Source: Camelus ferus (Eukaryota). From it: a DNA stretch of 64,000 nucleotides. The DNA lies in contig NC_045696.1 of the NCBI RefSeq assembly GCF_009834535.1, positions 106,394,001-106,458,000 of the forward strand, read 5' to 3'. The notes under the pieces were generated by a model that saw nothing but the letters and a program-made list of their open reading frames with translations, had not been told where the DNA came from and made no database searches. A program made the position numbers and the translations under genes. Positions 52,011 through 64,000 of the stretch are shown one piece after another (the first letter of the stretch is position 1; each line of letters opens with the position of its first letter).

Positions 52011-52297
52011 TTTTAAGTTGAAATTTTTTACCACCTAGGATTTATTTTGATTTAAGATATGAAATAAGGATCCAAGTTCACATTTTTTTTTCAGGCAGTT
52101 ACTTGTTTGAACATTTGTCAATAACCCATCTTCCTCCAGATGAAGATTCCATTCCTCCCCCACTCCTTTGTCTGGGCTTTCTGTTCTTTTCACTGCTCTC
52201 TCTGCCTACTCGTGAGCCAGAACTTTTTAATTCTTGTAGCTTTATAATGTATTTTAATATCAAGGGGCCCATTTGATAAATGTTTAATCTTTTTTAG

Positions 52298-52360
52298 GAA
52301 ACAGAATGGAAGAGAAAAATGAAGGCAATTCGAGAAGAGCATGCAGCTCAGAAGAGAGAG
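52298..52360 (+). CDS. DZIP1L: DZIP1L exon (63 nt)
   Basis: ttttag| ETEWKRKMKAIREEHAAQKRE |GTAGGT. Confidence 0.9.
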
Positions 52361-52464
52361 GTAGGTCTCATTAGATGCTCTGGGGAAGCCTGGTTTCCCA
52401 TAATCTCCTCTCATCCTTCAGCTTCCCATCCTTTGCCCCCCACCTTGAACTGGTTGGCAGATAT

Positions 52465-53412
52465 TTTTTTAAATTAAAGTATAGTTGATTCACAATGCTG
52501 TGTTAGTTTCTGGTGTACAGCATAGTGATTCAGTTTAACATATACATATATATTTCATTATAACATATATATATTTTTCATTATAGGTTATTACAAGATA
52601 CTGAATATAGTCCTCTGTGCTAGGACATTGCTGTTTATCTATTTTTATATAGTAGTTTGTATCTGCTTATCCCGAACTCATAATTTATCCCTCCCCCAGC
52701 CCCTTTCCCCTCTGGTAACCATAAGTTTGTTTTCTGTGTCTGTGAGTCTCTTTCTGTTTTGTACATAGGTTTATTTGTATAATTTTTTTTCTCTTTGAGA
52801 TTTATTTATTTTTAGTGTTTTCTTTCTTTTTTTTTTAACATTTTTTATTGAGTAATAGTCATTTTACAATGTTGTATCAAATTCCAGTGTAGAGCACAAT
52901 TTTTCAGTTATACATGAACATACATATATTCATTGTCACTTTTTTTTTCACTGTGAGCTACCACAAGATCTTGTATATACTTCCCTGTGCTATACAGTAT
53001 AATCTTGTTTATCTATTCTACATTTTAAAATCCCTTCCCACCCCCCACCCCCTTGGCAACCACAAGTTTGTATCCTATGTCTTTGAGTCTGTTTCTGTTT
53101 TGTATTTATGTTCTTTTTTTTTTTTTTAGATTCCACATATGAGTGATCTCATATGGTATTTTTCTTCTCTTTCTGGCTTACTTCACTTAGAATGAGATTC
53201 TCCAGGAACATCCATGTTGCTGCAAATGGCGTTATGTTGTCGGGTTTTGTGGCTGAATAGTATTCCATTGTATAAATATACCACATCTTCTTTATCCAGT
53301 CATCTATTGATGGACATTTAGGCTGTTTCCATGTCTTGGCTATTGTAAATAGTGCTGCTATGAACATCGGGGTGCAGGTGTCATTTTGAAGTCAGGGTTT
53401 TCTCTGGATATA
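52465..53412 (-). mobile_element. Composite antisense L1 3' ends with shared TSD
   Basis: Two successive L1 tails. The whole block is flanked by actg(g/a)ttggcagatattttt at ~52448 and ~53412. Confidence 0.85.
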
Positions 53413-54169
53413 CTGATTGGCAGATATTTTGTTCCTGGCTGCTGACCCCCGTCAATACACAGAGGGGTCCGCTCTTGGAAAGCAGCTTCCCTGGCCAGGA
53501 GCAGGGGCCTCCAGTTTTTCTCTTCTGAACCCAGCAAGGAGGGTTGTGCTGTAAAACTCAAAGAATTGCTGGTCCTTTCCTGTTTGGGCCCTCCTTTGAA
53601 ATCCCACTCAGGAGAGAACCAGGTAGCTATGGACCTCAGCAATGGTTCAGCAGGAGCCCAAATAGAAAGCTTTAGACACTCAGACTACTGGACAGTCAGC
53701 AGCAGGCCTCATCGCAGAGAATACAGCTTCTATCAAGATGCCTGTGAAGAGGAAGCCAATTAACAAGGGCCCCAGGTTCTGCCTGCAGAAAGCTTGGAAG
53801 ATGAAGTTGCTTAGATCAGGATGAAGTTGCTTAGATCAGAGTCTGGCATGTGATAGATGCCCCCCCAATCCAGTAATTCCTATCTGATGGATTTATCTTA
53901 TTTGAAACATTTAAAAACGAGAAATACATCCAAGTTTGTCCCAAGAGCAGAAGGACTATATTAAGGTACACAAAATATCACTTCCACCCCATCTCCATCT
54001 ACCCGTGCCCTGACACCCACCCCACATGTGACCTCTTTTATTGCTTTCTTGTTTTCTTCTAGAGTTTCTTTATACAAAAACATAGTCTCATTTTCTCTCT
54101 GCTCCTATACTAGAGGTAGCATGTGACTGCATTTCCTTCACCTTTTTTCACCTAAAATCATCCATTTGA

Positions 54170-54272
54170 TTTTTTTTTTTAGTTTTTTTTTTTAATGGAG
54201 GTACTGGAGATCGAACCCATGACCTTGTGCATGCTAAGCACACACTCTACCACTGAGATATACCCTTCGCCC
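54170..54272 (-). mobile_element. tRNA-derived SINE (Vic-1-like)
   Basis: ggagatcgaacccatgaccttgtgcatgctaagcacacactctaccactgag. Confidence 0.85.
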
Positions 54273-54411
54273 TTTTGTGATTTTTGAATGACCTCAACTT
54301 ATCTGACTTCAGTGGGTGGCACACCTGACAGAGAGCCTTTTGCTGTGAACTTATGGGCCTGCATTCATTCTCACTTCTCAGGACCTGCTTGAAAATGTCT
54401 TCAAATGGAAA

Positions 54412-54725
54412 GAAGACACTGATGAACTTACATACAAAACAGAAACAGAGTCACAGACATAGTAGACAAACTCATGGTTACCAGGGGGAAGGCAGTGGGA
54501 AGGGATAAATTGGGAGTTTGAGATTTGCAAATATTAACTATATATAGAATAGATAAACAGTTTTCTTCTGTATAGCACAGGGAACTATATTCAATATCTT
54601 GTAGTAACCTATAATGAAAAAGAATATGAAAACAAATGTATGTTGGTATGTGTATGACTGGGACATTATGCTGTACACCAGAAATTGACACATTGTAACT
54701 GATGGTACTTCAATTGAAAAAAAAG
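54412..54725 (+). mobile_element. Truncated L1 tail
   Basis: gacactgatgaacttacatacaaaacagaaacagagtcacagac…cttcaattgaaaaaaaag. Flanked by tcaaatgg duplications. Confidence 0.85.
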
Positions 54726-54905
54726 AAGAATCCTCAAATGGGAGGGTAAGTCTTGTTAGAAAGCCACCTGCCCAGGTCTGGGAACCCTCCACCTCCTTCA
54801 GGTAAAACCCTGAGCGGCATTTGCCCACATGTGCCGGCCCTGCAGGCACTGGGCTCTCAGAGGTCCCTGCAGACATGTGACTGACCAGTCTTCCTGCACC
54901 ACCAG

Positions 54906-55040
54906 CTGAAGGAGCACTATGAGAAGCTCCTGGCCTCCCTGTCTGAGAATCAGAAGAAAGCCCAGGCTCAGCACCAGATGAGTGCCCTCCAGCCCCAGCT
55001 CCAGGAACAAGCCACACTCATCGCCTCCCAGGAGAAGATG
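54906..55040 (+). CDS. DZIP1L: DZIP1L exon (135 nt)
   Basis: accag| LKEHYEKLLASLSENQKKAQAQHQMSALQPQLQEQATLIASQEKM |GTAGGT. Confidence 0.88.
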
Positions 55041-57313
55041 GTAGGTGTGGACCCTCCCCCCAGCCAGGCCCTGGAGGCCCTGGGGCTCTTCCCTGTGACC
55101 ATCTCCTTAGATTCTTTTGGACCCATTGGCCCTCATCTCATTATCAGGCTCTTTGGGGAGAGACGAGAGTCCTCAGACTTGAGGGGCAGAAAGTGATGAG
55201 GATGCTGAAGATATGCTTGTTGTCCTGTGGTAGTGGGGCCGTGTTAGGAGGTTCACAGTAACACCAGAAGCAACATGAGTGCCAGTGCCGGTTGATACTT
55301 GGCTTATTACTCCATATAAGCCTCATTGCTGCCCTTCATGGTAGACATTACCTTCTCTCCATCTTCATTTGATAGATGATCAAACAGGCTGGAGCAGTTA
55401 AACACCCCACCCGAGTCCAGACTAGGCACACTATAAATGACGGGTGAGATTCAACTCTTGCTAGGCAGGTGGGATGCAAAGTGTGTGCTCCTTACATTGT
55501 GTTCTCAGACCTAATTTCTTAACTAATTCCTTTCTTCCAAATTGACAGCCTCTGATGAGATTGTCAGATAAAACTAGTGTGATAAACAGACATCACTCAC
55601 TAAGTACCTGCCTCCCAGAATTAATCCTGTGACTCTTCAACTAATGCAGATCATACTCTGCCCAGCCTGGGCTCATCTCCCCTTTTCAAGCCCCAGGTCA
55701 GTGGAGAAGTGTATCTGTCCCCAGCTTGGCTCTCCTGTGGCCTCAGGTCCCTGCCATGGTTCTGCCACCACCCTCCACACAGTTTCCCTGGGCTGTGGAC
55801 CCACTGTCACTCTCTAATCCACTGTTCTTGTCCCCCTTGCTGTTTGTGTCTTTCTATTCTCCCAGCTGTACTTCACCCCCTCAACATATCTAATCCACTC
55901 CCCTGCTGCTTTGCTTTTTCTTGTTTTCCCCAACACACTTAGCTCTTCACAGCTGTGGCCACTTCAGGTCCAGTCTGGTGGTTTCCTCCTTATGTTACCC
56001 AGAACTCTTGTTTGCAAATGTTTCAGTTAGGAACCCACTGGCTAAACATAACAGAATGGGTTAACAGGTTTATTTTTATTGTAACACCAAAAGAGGTGAA
56101 AATTGATGGCCTTTGTTACAGCAAAATTATGCCATTGGAAATCCAGGCTCAGTTTTTCTTTTTTACCATCTTTAGCGTGTTGACTTTTGTTCTCATGCTT
56201 GATTCTCATAATTGCAAGATGGCTGCCATAGCCCCACCCATCACAACCATATTCAATGGAAGAAGTTGATGAAAAATCTCCTTCCCAAGACTTCTACTTC
56301 TACTTTTATTGATCAGAGTTGTGTTCCATGGGGAACAATAGTTGCAAGGAAGGTTAGAAAGGGAACAATTAGTTTTATAGTTTCTAGAATGGAGGTGAGC
56401 AAAGGAGGGATAGTTAGAAATGGACATTGGATAAGCCATTCATTAGTAGGTAATGAAAAACAACTCAAGCTTAAGCAGAAGAGGGAAATCTATCATAAGG
56501 TTAGACAGGGTATCTCACAGAGCTCAAGGCAGGGGAGCAGCTAACTCTAGGAATAAACTGGGACCAGAGACCTGAGTGTGGTCAGGAGTTCCCCTCTGTT
56601 ATGTGTCTCTGTTTCTTTCTCTATATCTACTTGGATTATTTTTTTTACTCTGAACATCAGCTTCCTCTCCATGTATGTCCCACGTGGCATAAACAAACAA
56701 ACCAATAAACAAAGAAAACCAAACCTCCAACCAGTTGGCTGCCAAAAGCCTTTGAGTTCACATATTATCAGTCCTGAATTCTCCGCCCAAACCTGGACAG
56801 TCAGCTCTGGCTGTGGTGTGGGGTCACGTGGCTGTCCTGTCTGCATCTGCGAGGAAGGGGGAAGAAGAGGCACTTTCTAGAAAAGGGAGGTTGGGCAGGT
56901 AGTCAATGACTGTCCACTTCATGCCTCCTTCCTCCCAGGGGGCATTCAGCTTAGATGCCCACATCGAGGGAGGGGAGCTTCCCTCGCCCTGGCTGATTTC
57001 CACCAGTTATGCCAGGAGTAAAGACTGTGTGCCTGTCCCCCTCTGCTTGCATGGGGCTCCTGCCCTTCAAACCACAGTCCCTCTCTGAAGAGGGGCATTC
57101 TGGCCTCCCCACTGTGGGAAAAAGGAGCGTGGTGCCACCCTGGTTGCTGCTGTTCAGCTATGGTGCCATTGTGGGGTCAAGGCAGAGTGCTCTTAGCTCC
57201 CTCGGGTTCCCAGTGGGTGGCGTGGAAACACTGGATGTCCCTTCTCTATGGACCAGCTGCTCACAGCAGAGATCCCTGTTTCCTGTAATCTGCTCTGTTT
57301 CCCATCTTTGCAG

Positions 57314-57344
57314 ATCCAGACCATGTCCCTCAGGAAGGCGAAGC
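57314..57344 (+). CDS. DZIP1L: DZIP1L micro-exon (31 nt)
   Basis: tttgcag| IQTMSLRKAK |GTAAGT. Phases 0 to 1 fit the neighbours. Confidence 0.85.
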
Positions 57345-58450
57345 GTAAGTCTGTTCTGGGTGATTTGTCACAGTAATGGCTCTTGTCTTGGCTTCTGCTC
57401 TCCCTTGTCCCCCACCAGTCAATTTATAGGATGAGGAGGGTGCCAGGAGCTCATGGGACCTGTAGCATCAGGCTCTCTGGCCAGGTGAGGAAGCTTGAGA
57501 AGACGTTTGTATCTGGGACAGACAGGGCTCCAGCCCAGGTTTGTGTTGAAGGCGTTCCATGCAGCTGTCAGGGGTTCTTGCCTGGCCTGCTCTTCTCTGT
57601 AGGGTGGTGGAAACATGGGGAGTTGGGTTGGGGGATGTGGTGAGGATCTTGAGGGCAGTGAGTGATGGAGCAGGCAGGGTTCATGAACAGGCTCTTTCTA
57701 ACTCACCATGCCTATGATTCAGTTCTATCCAACTTGACCTTGTCTCCAGCATGTCGCAGGTTGACCCCAAATCTGTGTGTGTCTGTGTGAATGCGGCCCG
57801 TTTGGAGCATGCTCTCTCTCTTGAGTGCTCTCAGGTGTGGTGTGTGTGTGCTTGTGAGTGTCTGATTAGTGCAGTTGCTGGTGTCTAAAGTGTGACCTCC
57901 AGGGGCTGCTTCTGCCTGGAGGACCTTTCTGGCCTGCTTATGAAACCTGGCCTTTCCTACCTCATCCCACCTCCTCATCCTATCCCTGTAGCGGCCCACC
58001 TGCCCTTTCTTACAAACCCAGCATCTCCTCCCGTCCCCTGCTTCGAGGCTAGACAGCCAGTTCTAAGAGGTGCTGTTCCTATGGCTCTGATTTCCCCAGT
58101 GCTGGGACCGGGGCATGTGCTATTAGTAACAGCTCTGTGCTGTGCACTTCACCAAGTACTTCAGATCCGTCATCTCATGACACCGTCCCCGTGATTTAAT
58201 GTGGGGTAGTATTATTACCCTGACTTTCTTGATGAGGAGCCTGAGGCTTAGCCAGGTTCAAGGACTTAACCATGGCAGAGCTGGGATGTGGACTCTGATC
58301 TCTCTGTCTCCATCCTGCCTGTCTCTGGTAGAGAACCGATTGGAGGGCTTCCTCTTTCTGGCCAGCGCTCATGTGCTGTGCCCTGCTGTTCTCTAACTTG
58401 GGGATGGGGTCCAAGGCTCTGGAGCCACTAACTGCTTCTGCTCTCCTCAG

Positions 58451-58504
58451 GAATCCACATGGTCTCGAAGGCTGTGGACACAGAAGAGGACTCTTCTAAG
58501 GAAG
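58451..58504 (+). CDS. DZIP1L: DZIP1L exon (54 nt)
   Basis: ctcctcag| IHMVSKAVDTEEDSSKE |GTGGGG. Phase 1 to 1. Confidence 0.88.
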
Positions 58505-59017
58505 GTGGGGCTCCATTTTCTTCCTGGGGTGCTGCCCTCTTCACTGTTTAGTTTGTCTCTCCTTAACTGCGTCTGGCTACCTGAAGATGGGGGAAGGGAA
58601 TCAGGGACATGAAATAAATATTTCTTAAGCACCTTGTGCATCCATGTGCCAGACATGTTACACGCAGGGGCTAACATGCATTTACTGGTTCATTGATGGG
58701 GGAACCCAGGCTCAGAGAGGGTCAGTGACTTGCCCAGAGTCACAAAGCCAGCAGGTGGCAGAGTTGGGATTTGGCATGGCGTCTGATGCGTAGCCTGGCC
58801 CCATCGCCTCTCATCTGGCACTATCCAGAGCAGAGGATGCAGCCTCCCTATACTGGTTTCAAATCATCTTTGCTACTTTATTCTGCTAGGTGTGCTGCTG
58901 CAGACAGATTGCGCAGGGTCTAACTAATGTGCAGGAATCCGCCTGGGCGCCCTCCAAAGAGCCGTAGGTACCAGCTGCTTTGATTGACTCCATTCACTGA
59001 CTGACTCCGATTTACAG

Positions 59018-59155
59018 AGCTCCAGGGGATGCAGAGGAGGAGTGAAAAAAACAGACTCTCCTGGGAGAGTCTGGGAGGAGGAGCTCCCAGGAAAGATCAG
59101 AGAGCACTGCTCGCCCAGCCAGGCTGTGATGTGAGGATTCCAGAGCGACCGACAG
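59018..59155 (+). CDS. DZIP1L: Candidate alternative (cassette) exon of DZIP1L, 138 nt
   Basis: Branch-like ctgac, tttacag| acceptor, CAG|GTACAC donor. Symmetric phase 1-1 and stop-free in the DZIP1L frame. No expression evidence. Confidence 0.4.
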
Positions 59156-59276
59156 GTACACCCAGGGAAGGGTTTTTTATTTGTGTCACCAAAGAGTTCA
59201 TCAGTGTGGTATTTTATTTTGTTTCTGATACAGTATTTTTCTTTACTTTTGAGACACTAATTTGTGCTTTTGGCAA

Positions 59277-59308
<32 letters not shown>

Positions 59309-59520
59309 AAAAAGAAAGGATGCAAAAGGATGTAGAGTAAGAAGTAGGCCTCTCTCTGCAGGGCCATCCAATTTCTGCCCAGAGATTCCACTGCTAGTGG
59401 TTTGTCATGTCTGTCTTTCCAGAGATACTTATGCAAACACAGGCACATACAGGTATTCGTTCTTTTTCTTTTTCCCAAAAATGTGGTAGCACATCCTACA
59501 GATTGTTCCGTGGCTATTTT

Positions 59521-59647
59521 TTTTTTTCTGTTTTTTGGGGGGAGGTGATTAGGTTTATTAATTTATTTTAATGGAGGTGCTGGGCATGGAACCCAGGACC
59601 TCATGCATGCTAGGCATGTGCTCTACCACTGAGCTATACCCTCCCCA
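59521..59647 (-). mobile_element. tRNA-derived SINE (Vic-1-like) with TSD gtggctatttt
   Basis: aacccaggacctcatgcatgctaggcatgtgctctaccactgagctataccctcccc. Confidence 0.9.
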
Positions 59648-60239
59648 CCTCTGTGGCTATTTTCTTAACAACTTATTTGGGAAGTCATTTCCTGTCCCTT
59701 TATATAGAGCTGCTTCATTATTTTTTTCAGGGCTTCGCAGTATTCCGTTGGATGGATGAACCAAAATTTACCTAGTCATGTCTCTACCACCTCCACCCCT
59801 ACCCCATGTGTTTAACCTTAGGATAGAGTAGTGAGAATAAGAGTAACATGGAGCTTTAGGGTGAGGTGGCTGTTAAGGAACACAGGGTCCACAGTAGGGA
59901 TGGACCAAATCCTCCAACAGGGACACCGAGTTCCAGGAGAAGGAGGTTGAGAAGGATGAGTTAGTGAGACCCCCACCCTCGCCCCTGCCGGGCCCCATCC
60001 TGTTGCAGTAGAGGGTGGCCAGCAGGAGCAGCATCACTGGGGAACGCAAATTAGAAAAATAAATGTTCAAATTCTTACCCCGGTGCCACACAAACTGAAT
60101 TAGGACTTCAGCGGCAGGGCCCAGATGTCTTTGTCTTCATCCACTCTTCAGGGCATTCTGATGCTTTCTTGTCTGCAGCAGACCCTCTATCCACCACATT
60201 TTACTGTAATTCCTTATTTTATTACCCTCTGGTTCCGTA

Positions 60240-60405
60240 TTTCTTAAGGTGTGCTCTGTGGCTCACCTCATCAGAATCATCTGGGCAAGTTATAATGCAG
60301 ATTCCAGGGCCCTCTACCAGACTTGTGGAATCAGAGTCTCTGGAGGGTGGGGCCAGGGAATGTGCCCTCTAAACCCATGCAGTTCTGATGTGTACAATTG
60401 GAGAG
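60240..60405. mobile_element. MER5-like hAT MITE
   Basis: catcagaatcatctggg…atgcagattccagggccc…gaatcagagtctctgg…ggggccagggaat. Confidence 0.7.
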
Positions 60406-60907
60406 CGAACACCTGATTTAGACAGTAAACTCGAGGGGAGCCGGAAGCTGTCTGTCCGTTGTGTATGTGTGTGTATATATATATATGTCATGCATGTAAG
60501 CTGCACAGTGCTGCATAATTAAACTTACACAGTGCTGTATGTCAGTTATATCTCAGACTGGTTCGTAGTAGGGTGGAGAATGGAACCCAGGGAGCAAACT
60601 GCTCTCAGGGTCCAAGTGTGAGTCAGAAGCCTGAAAGCTCTGAGTTAAGCTGGGACAGGACTGAGCCGGACCTTGGAGGTCCAGACCTGCAGGAAATGAG
60701 AATCCTGATGGTGGATGGAGGGTCTGCTGCAGTGGTTCCCAGGAGGAGAACGACCTGGGGATGGACATCAGGTGGGGTCTGTGGCCCTGGGTGCACAGGC
60801 TGGAGACCAGAATCCCTGGCCAAGTGAGGGCCAGCTGGGTGCAGTGGGGCTTTGGGAGTGGAGGTTTCGGGGTCCCAGGCTGACCTGGTGATTGTCTTGT
60901 GCTGCAG

Positions 60908-61041
60908 AGCTGAGGGACTCCTGCAGTGGACAGCAGAAGGTGCCAGCAGCCCCCAGGCAAAAGTCCATCTTGCAGAAGCAGTTAAGCCCAGTCCTGGAGG
61001 ATACCCTGCAGGAGAAGCTGGAAACCATGGGGATAAAGAGA
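60908..61041 (+). CDS. DZIP1L: DZIP1L exon (134 nt)
   Basis: gctgcag| …PVLEDTLQEKLETMGIKR |GTGAGT. Phase 1 to 0. Confidence 0.9.
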
Positions 61042-62537
61042 GTGAGTTCCGGGGCCGCTGTGGCAGGGCTGGTACCTACCAATCTCTTAAACCAACAAGG
61101 GGTACTTGTCCTTTACATCGTAAGCTTACTCATCTTATTTGTTCCAATTGGGACGCCTTTGGTATCTGAGAATGTCAGCCTGCCCAGCTGAGAGTGTGGT
61201 CTCTTCTGTTTCCTCTAGTGGCTTCCTGAGATGCCTGTGTCCTGACCGCTCCATGCACTCCACTCACTGGCTACGTTCTTCTGTGTCTCTCTTTTGACAG
61301 GAGGAATTTTTTTTTAATCAGTGAAAAACTTAGTATTTATTGAGAACAAAATAAACAGCAAAATAATTTTTTAACTTTTTAAAAAGCAAACTGGAAGTGC
61401 CTGCAAATTCAGCAGTTTTAAGATAATTCAAAATGCAATACTAGCGTGGTTTGTATTGCTTTGAAGCCACAGCAAATCTAAAATTCATAATACAAGCTTT
61501 TTCTAAGTGTTTCAAAGGCATCAAGTGTGCAAAAAAATTTTTTTTTAATTGAAGTGTAGTTGATTTACAATGTTGTTTTAGCTTCAGGTGTACAGCAAAG
61601 TGATACATGTATGTGTGACATAGGAAATTGAATTGGCTCAATCTGGCCTTTGCCGGGGTCCCTTGGGTGAAGTGCCCATCATTTGTGGCACACGTGGCCA
61701 CGCCCACTCAGGTGGCTGTGGGTGGAGCAGACTCTGAAAGCTCTGTCTGGTACAGATTAGTATTTGAATACCTTTGTTCTCTCTTGCTTGTGTTTAATCA
61801 GAGTATGCATGTTATCATTAACGGCATTAATGAAATCAATTATTAAAAAAAAAACCTTGTTAACAAAGCAGCCGAGCAGCACATCATCAAAAATACTATG
61901 TGTATAGAGTAAGATTAGAGAAAAAAAAAAAGACACCTAGGTTTAATTTAGCAAGGATGCTCACTCATCATTGACTGTTCTTAACTGCTGTTCAGTCTAA
62001 CTTTGGCCCCATGTCCAGACTTGATTAGAACATTCTTTCGAACCTTGAATGATTCCTCATGGACTCTGAGTGGGTGTCAAAAGCCCAAGCAACTTATAAT
62101 AGCTCCTGGAAGGGTGCCTGGCTTTGGTTTTTTGCAGTCGATGTTTTCAAACATTGTTAGCTACAGCGGACAACGTGTCTGGCATAATGATAGTGCCTGG
62201 GGTGCCAGAAAGAGCAAGCTGTGGTCTCCCACCATAGGATTCAGTCCAGTGGTCAAAGGCATGGCCTGTCAAGCCTGTTTGCTTGCTGTTGATGGAACTG
62301 TGCTCAACCCCTCTGCATTGTCCTGCTGTGTGCGCTTTGTTGGGGGCTCCCAAGCCTTTGCCCACCATGCCTTCAGCAGCCTGCTTGCCTGTCTTTGATG
62401 CTCAGTTCATCCTCTCCCAGAAGCACCGGCACTGATCATGGTGACTTCCAGGCCAGCAGCAAGTTTGAGAGGCTTAGGAAAGGACAAGGATGGGACAAGA
62501 GGTTCCCGTCTCCAAAGGGAACCTCTCTGTCTTCCAG

Positions 62538-62730
62538 GATGCAAAGGGAATCCCTGCTCAGACCTTCAGACACGTGGATTCCCTCCTGCAAACCCAGCGG
62601 AAGCAGAAGGTGGGGAAGTTTTCAGAATTTCTGAATCTGAGGAAGAAGCTCATCCAAAAAGCCACCAGCAGACTGAAGGAGAGACAAAGGAATGAGGCCC
62701 CAGTGTCCCAGCCAGACAGCGAGGCTCCAG
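62538..62730 (+). CDS. DZIP1L: DZIP1L exon (193 nt); gene continues beyond window
   Basis: ttccag| DAKGIPAQTFRHVDSLLQTQRKQKVGKFSEFLNLRKKL…SQPDSEAP |GTGAGC. Confidence 0.92.
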
Positions 62731-64000
62731 GTGAGCTGGCAAGAAGGCTTCTCTGGGCTGTGACCCAGGAGGGTATGGGCTTGTTTGCACACAGGTGGGG
62801 CATAATCCCTGTCCCCATCGGGGTGGTGCTCTGAAGGGCCAGATGATAGGGTCCTCACAGGTGGCTGAGTCCAAAAGTCCTCTGTTGACGAAGCAGAGTC
62901 TGGGGGTGGGGTGGGTACATGGGTCCCTCAGGGAAGAGGAGGAGAGCCAGGGTCAGAGTTGTGGGCAGCCTCAAACTGTCCCTGTGCAGGCACACCGCCT
63001 CACTTAGCTCGGCACTGCTTTACTGGCATGGACCACAAGTTGAACTTTGCTTCAACAGAGAGCAGCCCATACCGTTTCTGAGTGTATATACGGGCTGTCA
63101 GGGCAGGGGCTGCAGGTGGAGGCTCGGCTTGGTCAGATGAATTCTCTGCTTGGTGCAGTGGGCGGATGTGGGAGGCTGGGCCAACTCTGTAGGCGGACAA
63201 ATCCTCAGGGCTCAGACTTGTTCCCTGGGCTGGGTTCAGCTGCTGCTTTGTCCCTGGGGGTTGTGACAAGGAAAGGCCCTGTGGTTCTCATAGAAGATTA
63301 AAGTGTGTGGGCGAGGACCCTCCAGTCTCTGTCCTCAAGGAACATAGGGAGCCAGGGAATTGTACTCTTTTGTTCTGGAGCCCCCTGTCTCTAGCAGGTT
63401 CCCAGATCCTCATGCAGGGTGTTGTCCTAGCTCCTCTCACTTCATCTCCTCCTCCGTCACTGACACAGGCAGCCAGAGGGAGGCCACTTCTGTTACACCC
63501 TCGAGTCCAGGCAGATCCAACCTGAGCTCTGGACACAAAGAAATATTTCCAGGGTGTGGGCCACACGTCTCTGGAGATATGAGAGATGATTTGAGTTGGT
63601 ACATGAAATAATAATTTTAAGATTTAATCTTTTTTTCATGTGCATTGGAGAAATATTACTAACTCATGGAAATGATTACTTGGATAAGTATAAAATGAGT
63701 TTCATGTTTCAGAGTGGTGTCATTTTATGTAAAATTGTTAAATGGAGAACAGGACAGTTGGTATGAGAATGTGGCAAAAATTGTGTCAGTGATCTGGAAA
63801 ACTCTGTCCTATTTAGTTTAAACATCTGGTCTTAAAAATTGCTAAGGAAAGGACAGTTTTTAGTCTTGCACAGAATTCGCAGACAGAAGGGTGTTGTCTT
63901 GTTTGCTAACCTGCCTTTCACAGAGCCCTCTACCTTGATGGTCATCCATCCTACATTCGGTTAATTTGGTGTAGTGCTTCCTGAGGTTGATCTGTGCCGG

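Noticed and set aside
62731..64000. Search for the next DZIP1L exon
   Set aside because: No acceptor-flanked frame resembling the expected continuation; it probably lies beyond the window.

Overview
Mammalian genomic DNA, most likely a camelid (alpaca/llama/camel), judged from repeated tRNA-derived SINEs resembling the camelid Vic-1 family. The + strand carries three genes in the order I recall for human 3q22.3. (1) The last codons and 3'UTR of DBR1 (stop at 27-29). (2) A complete A4GNT: coding exons 19056-19466 and 22725-23339, 341 aa, DxD motif. (3) The first two-thirds of DZIP1L: CpG-island promoter near 31.2-31.8 kb and eleven coding exons from 38178 to 62730 that splice in frame, continuing beyond the window. 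The rest is mostly L1, L2, MIR, MaLR/ERVL LTR, DNA-transposon and SINE relics. Repeat family names come from my recall of consensus sequences and repeat boundaries are approximate. I see no evidence for a wholly new biological system. The best leads are an RFX X-box/forkhead cluster in DZIP1L intron 1; a solo LTR with nine tandem CCAAT boxes, two octamers and a TATA box between A4GNT and DZIP1L; a candidate in-frame 138-nt cassette exon in DZIP1L; and an internal L1 fragment in the A4GNT 3'UTR that looks GC-shifted.
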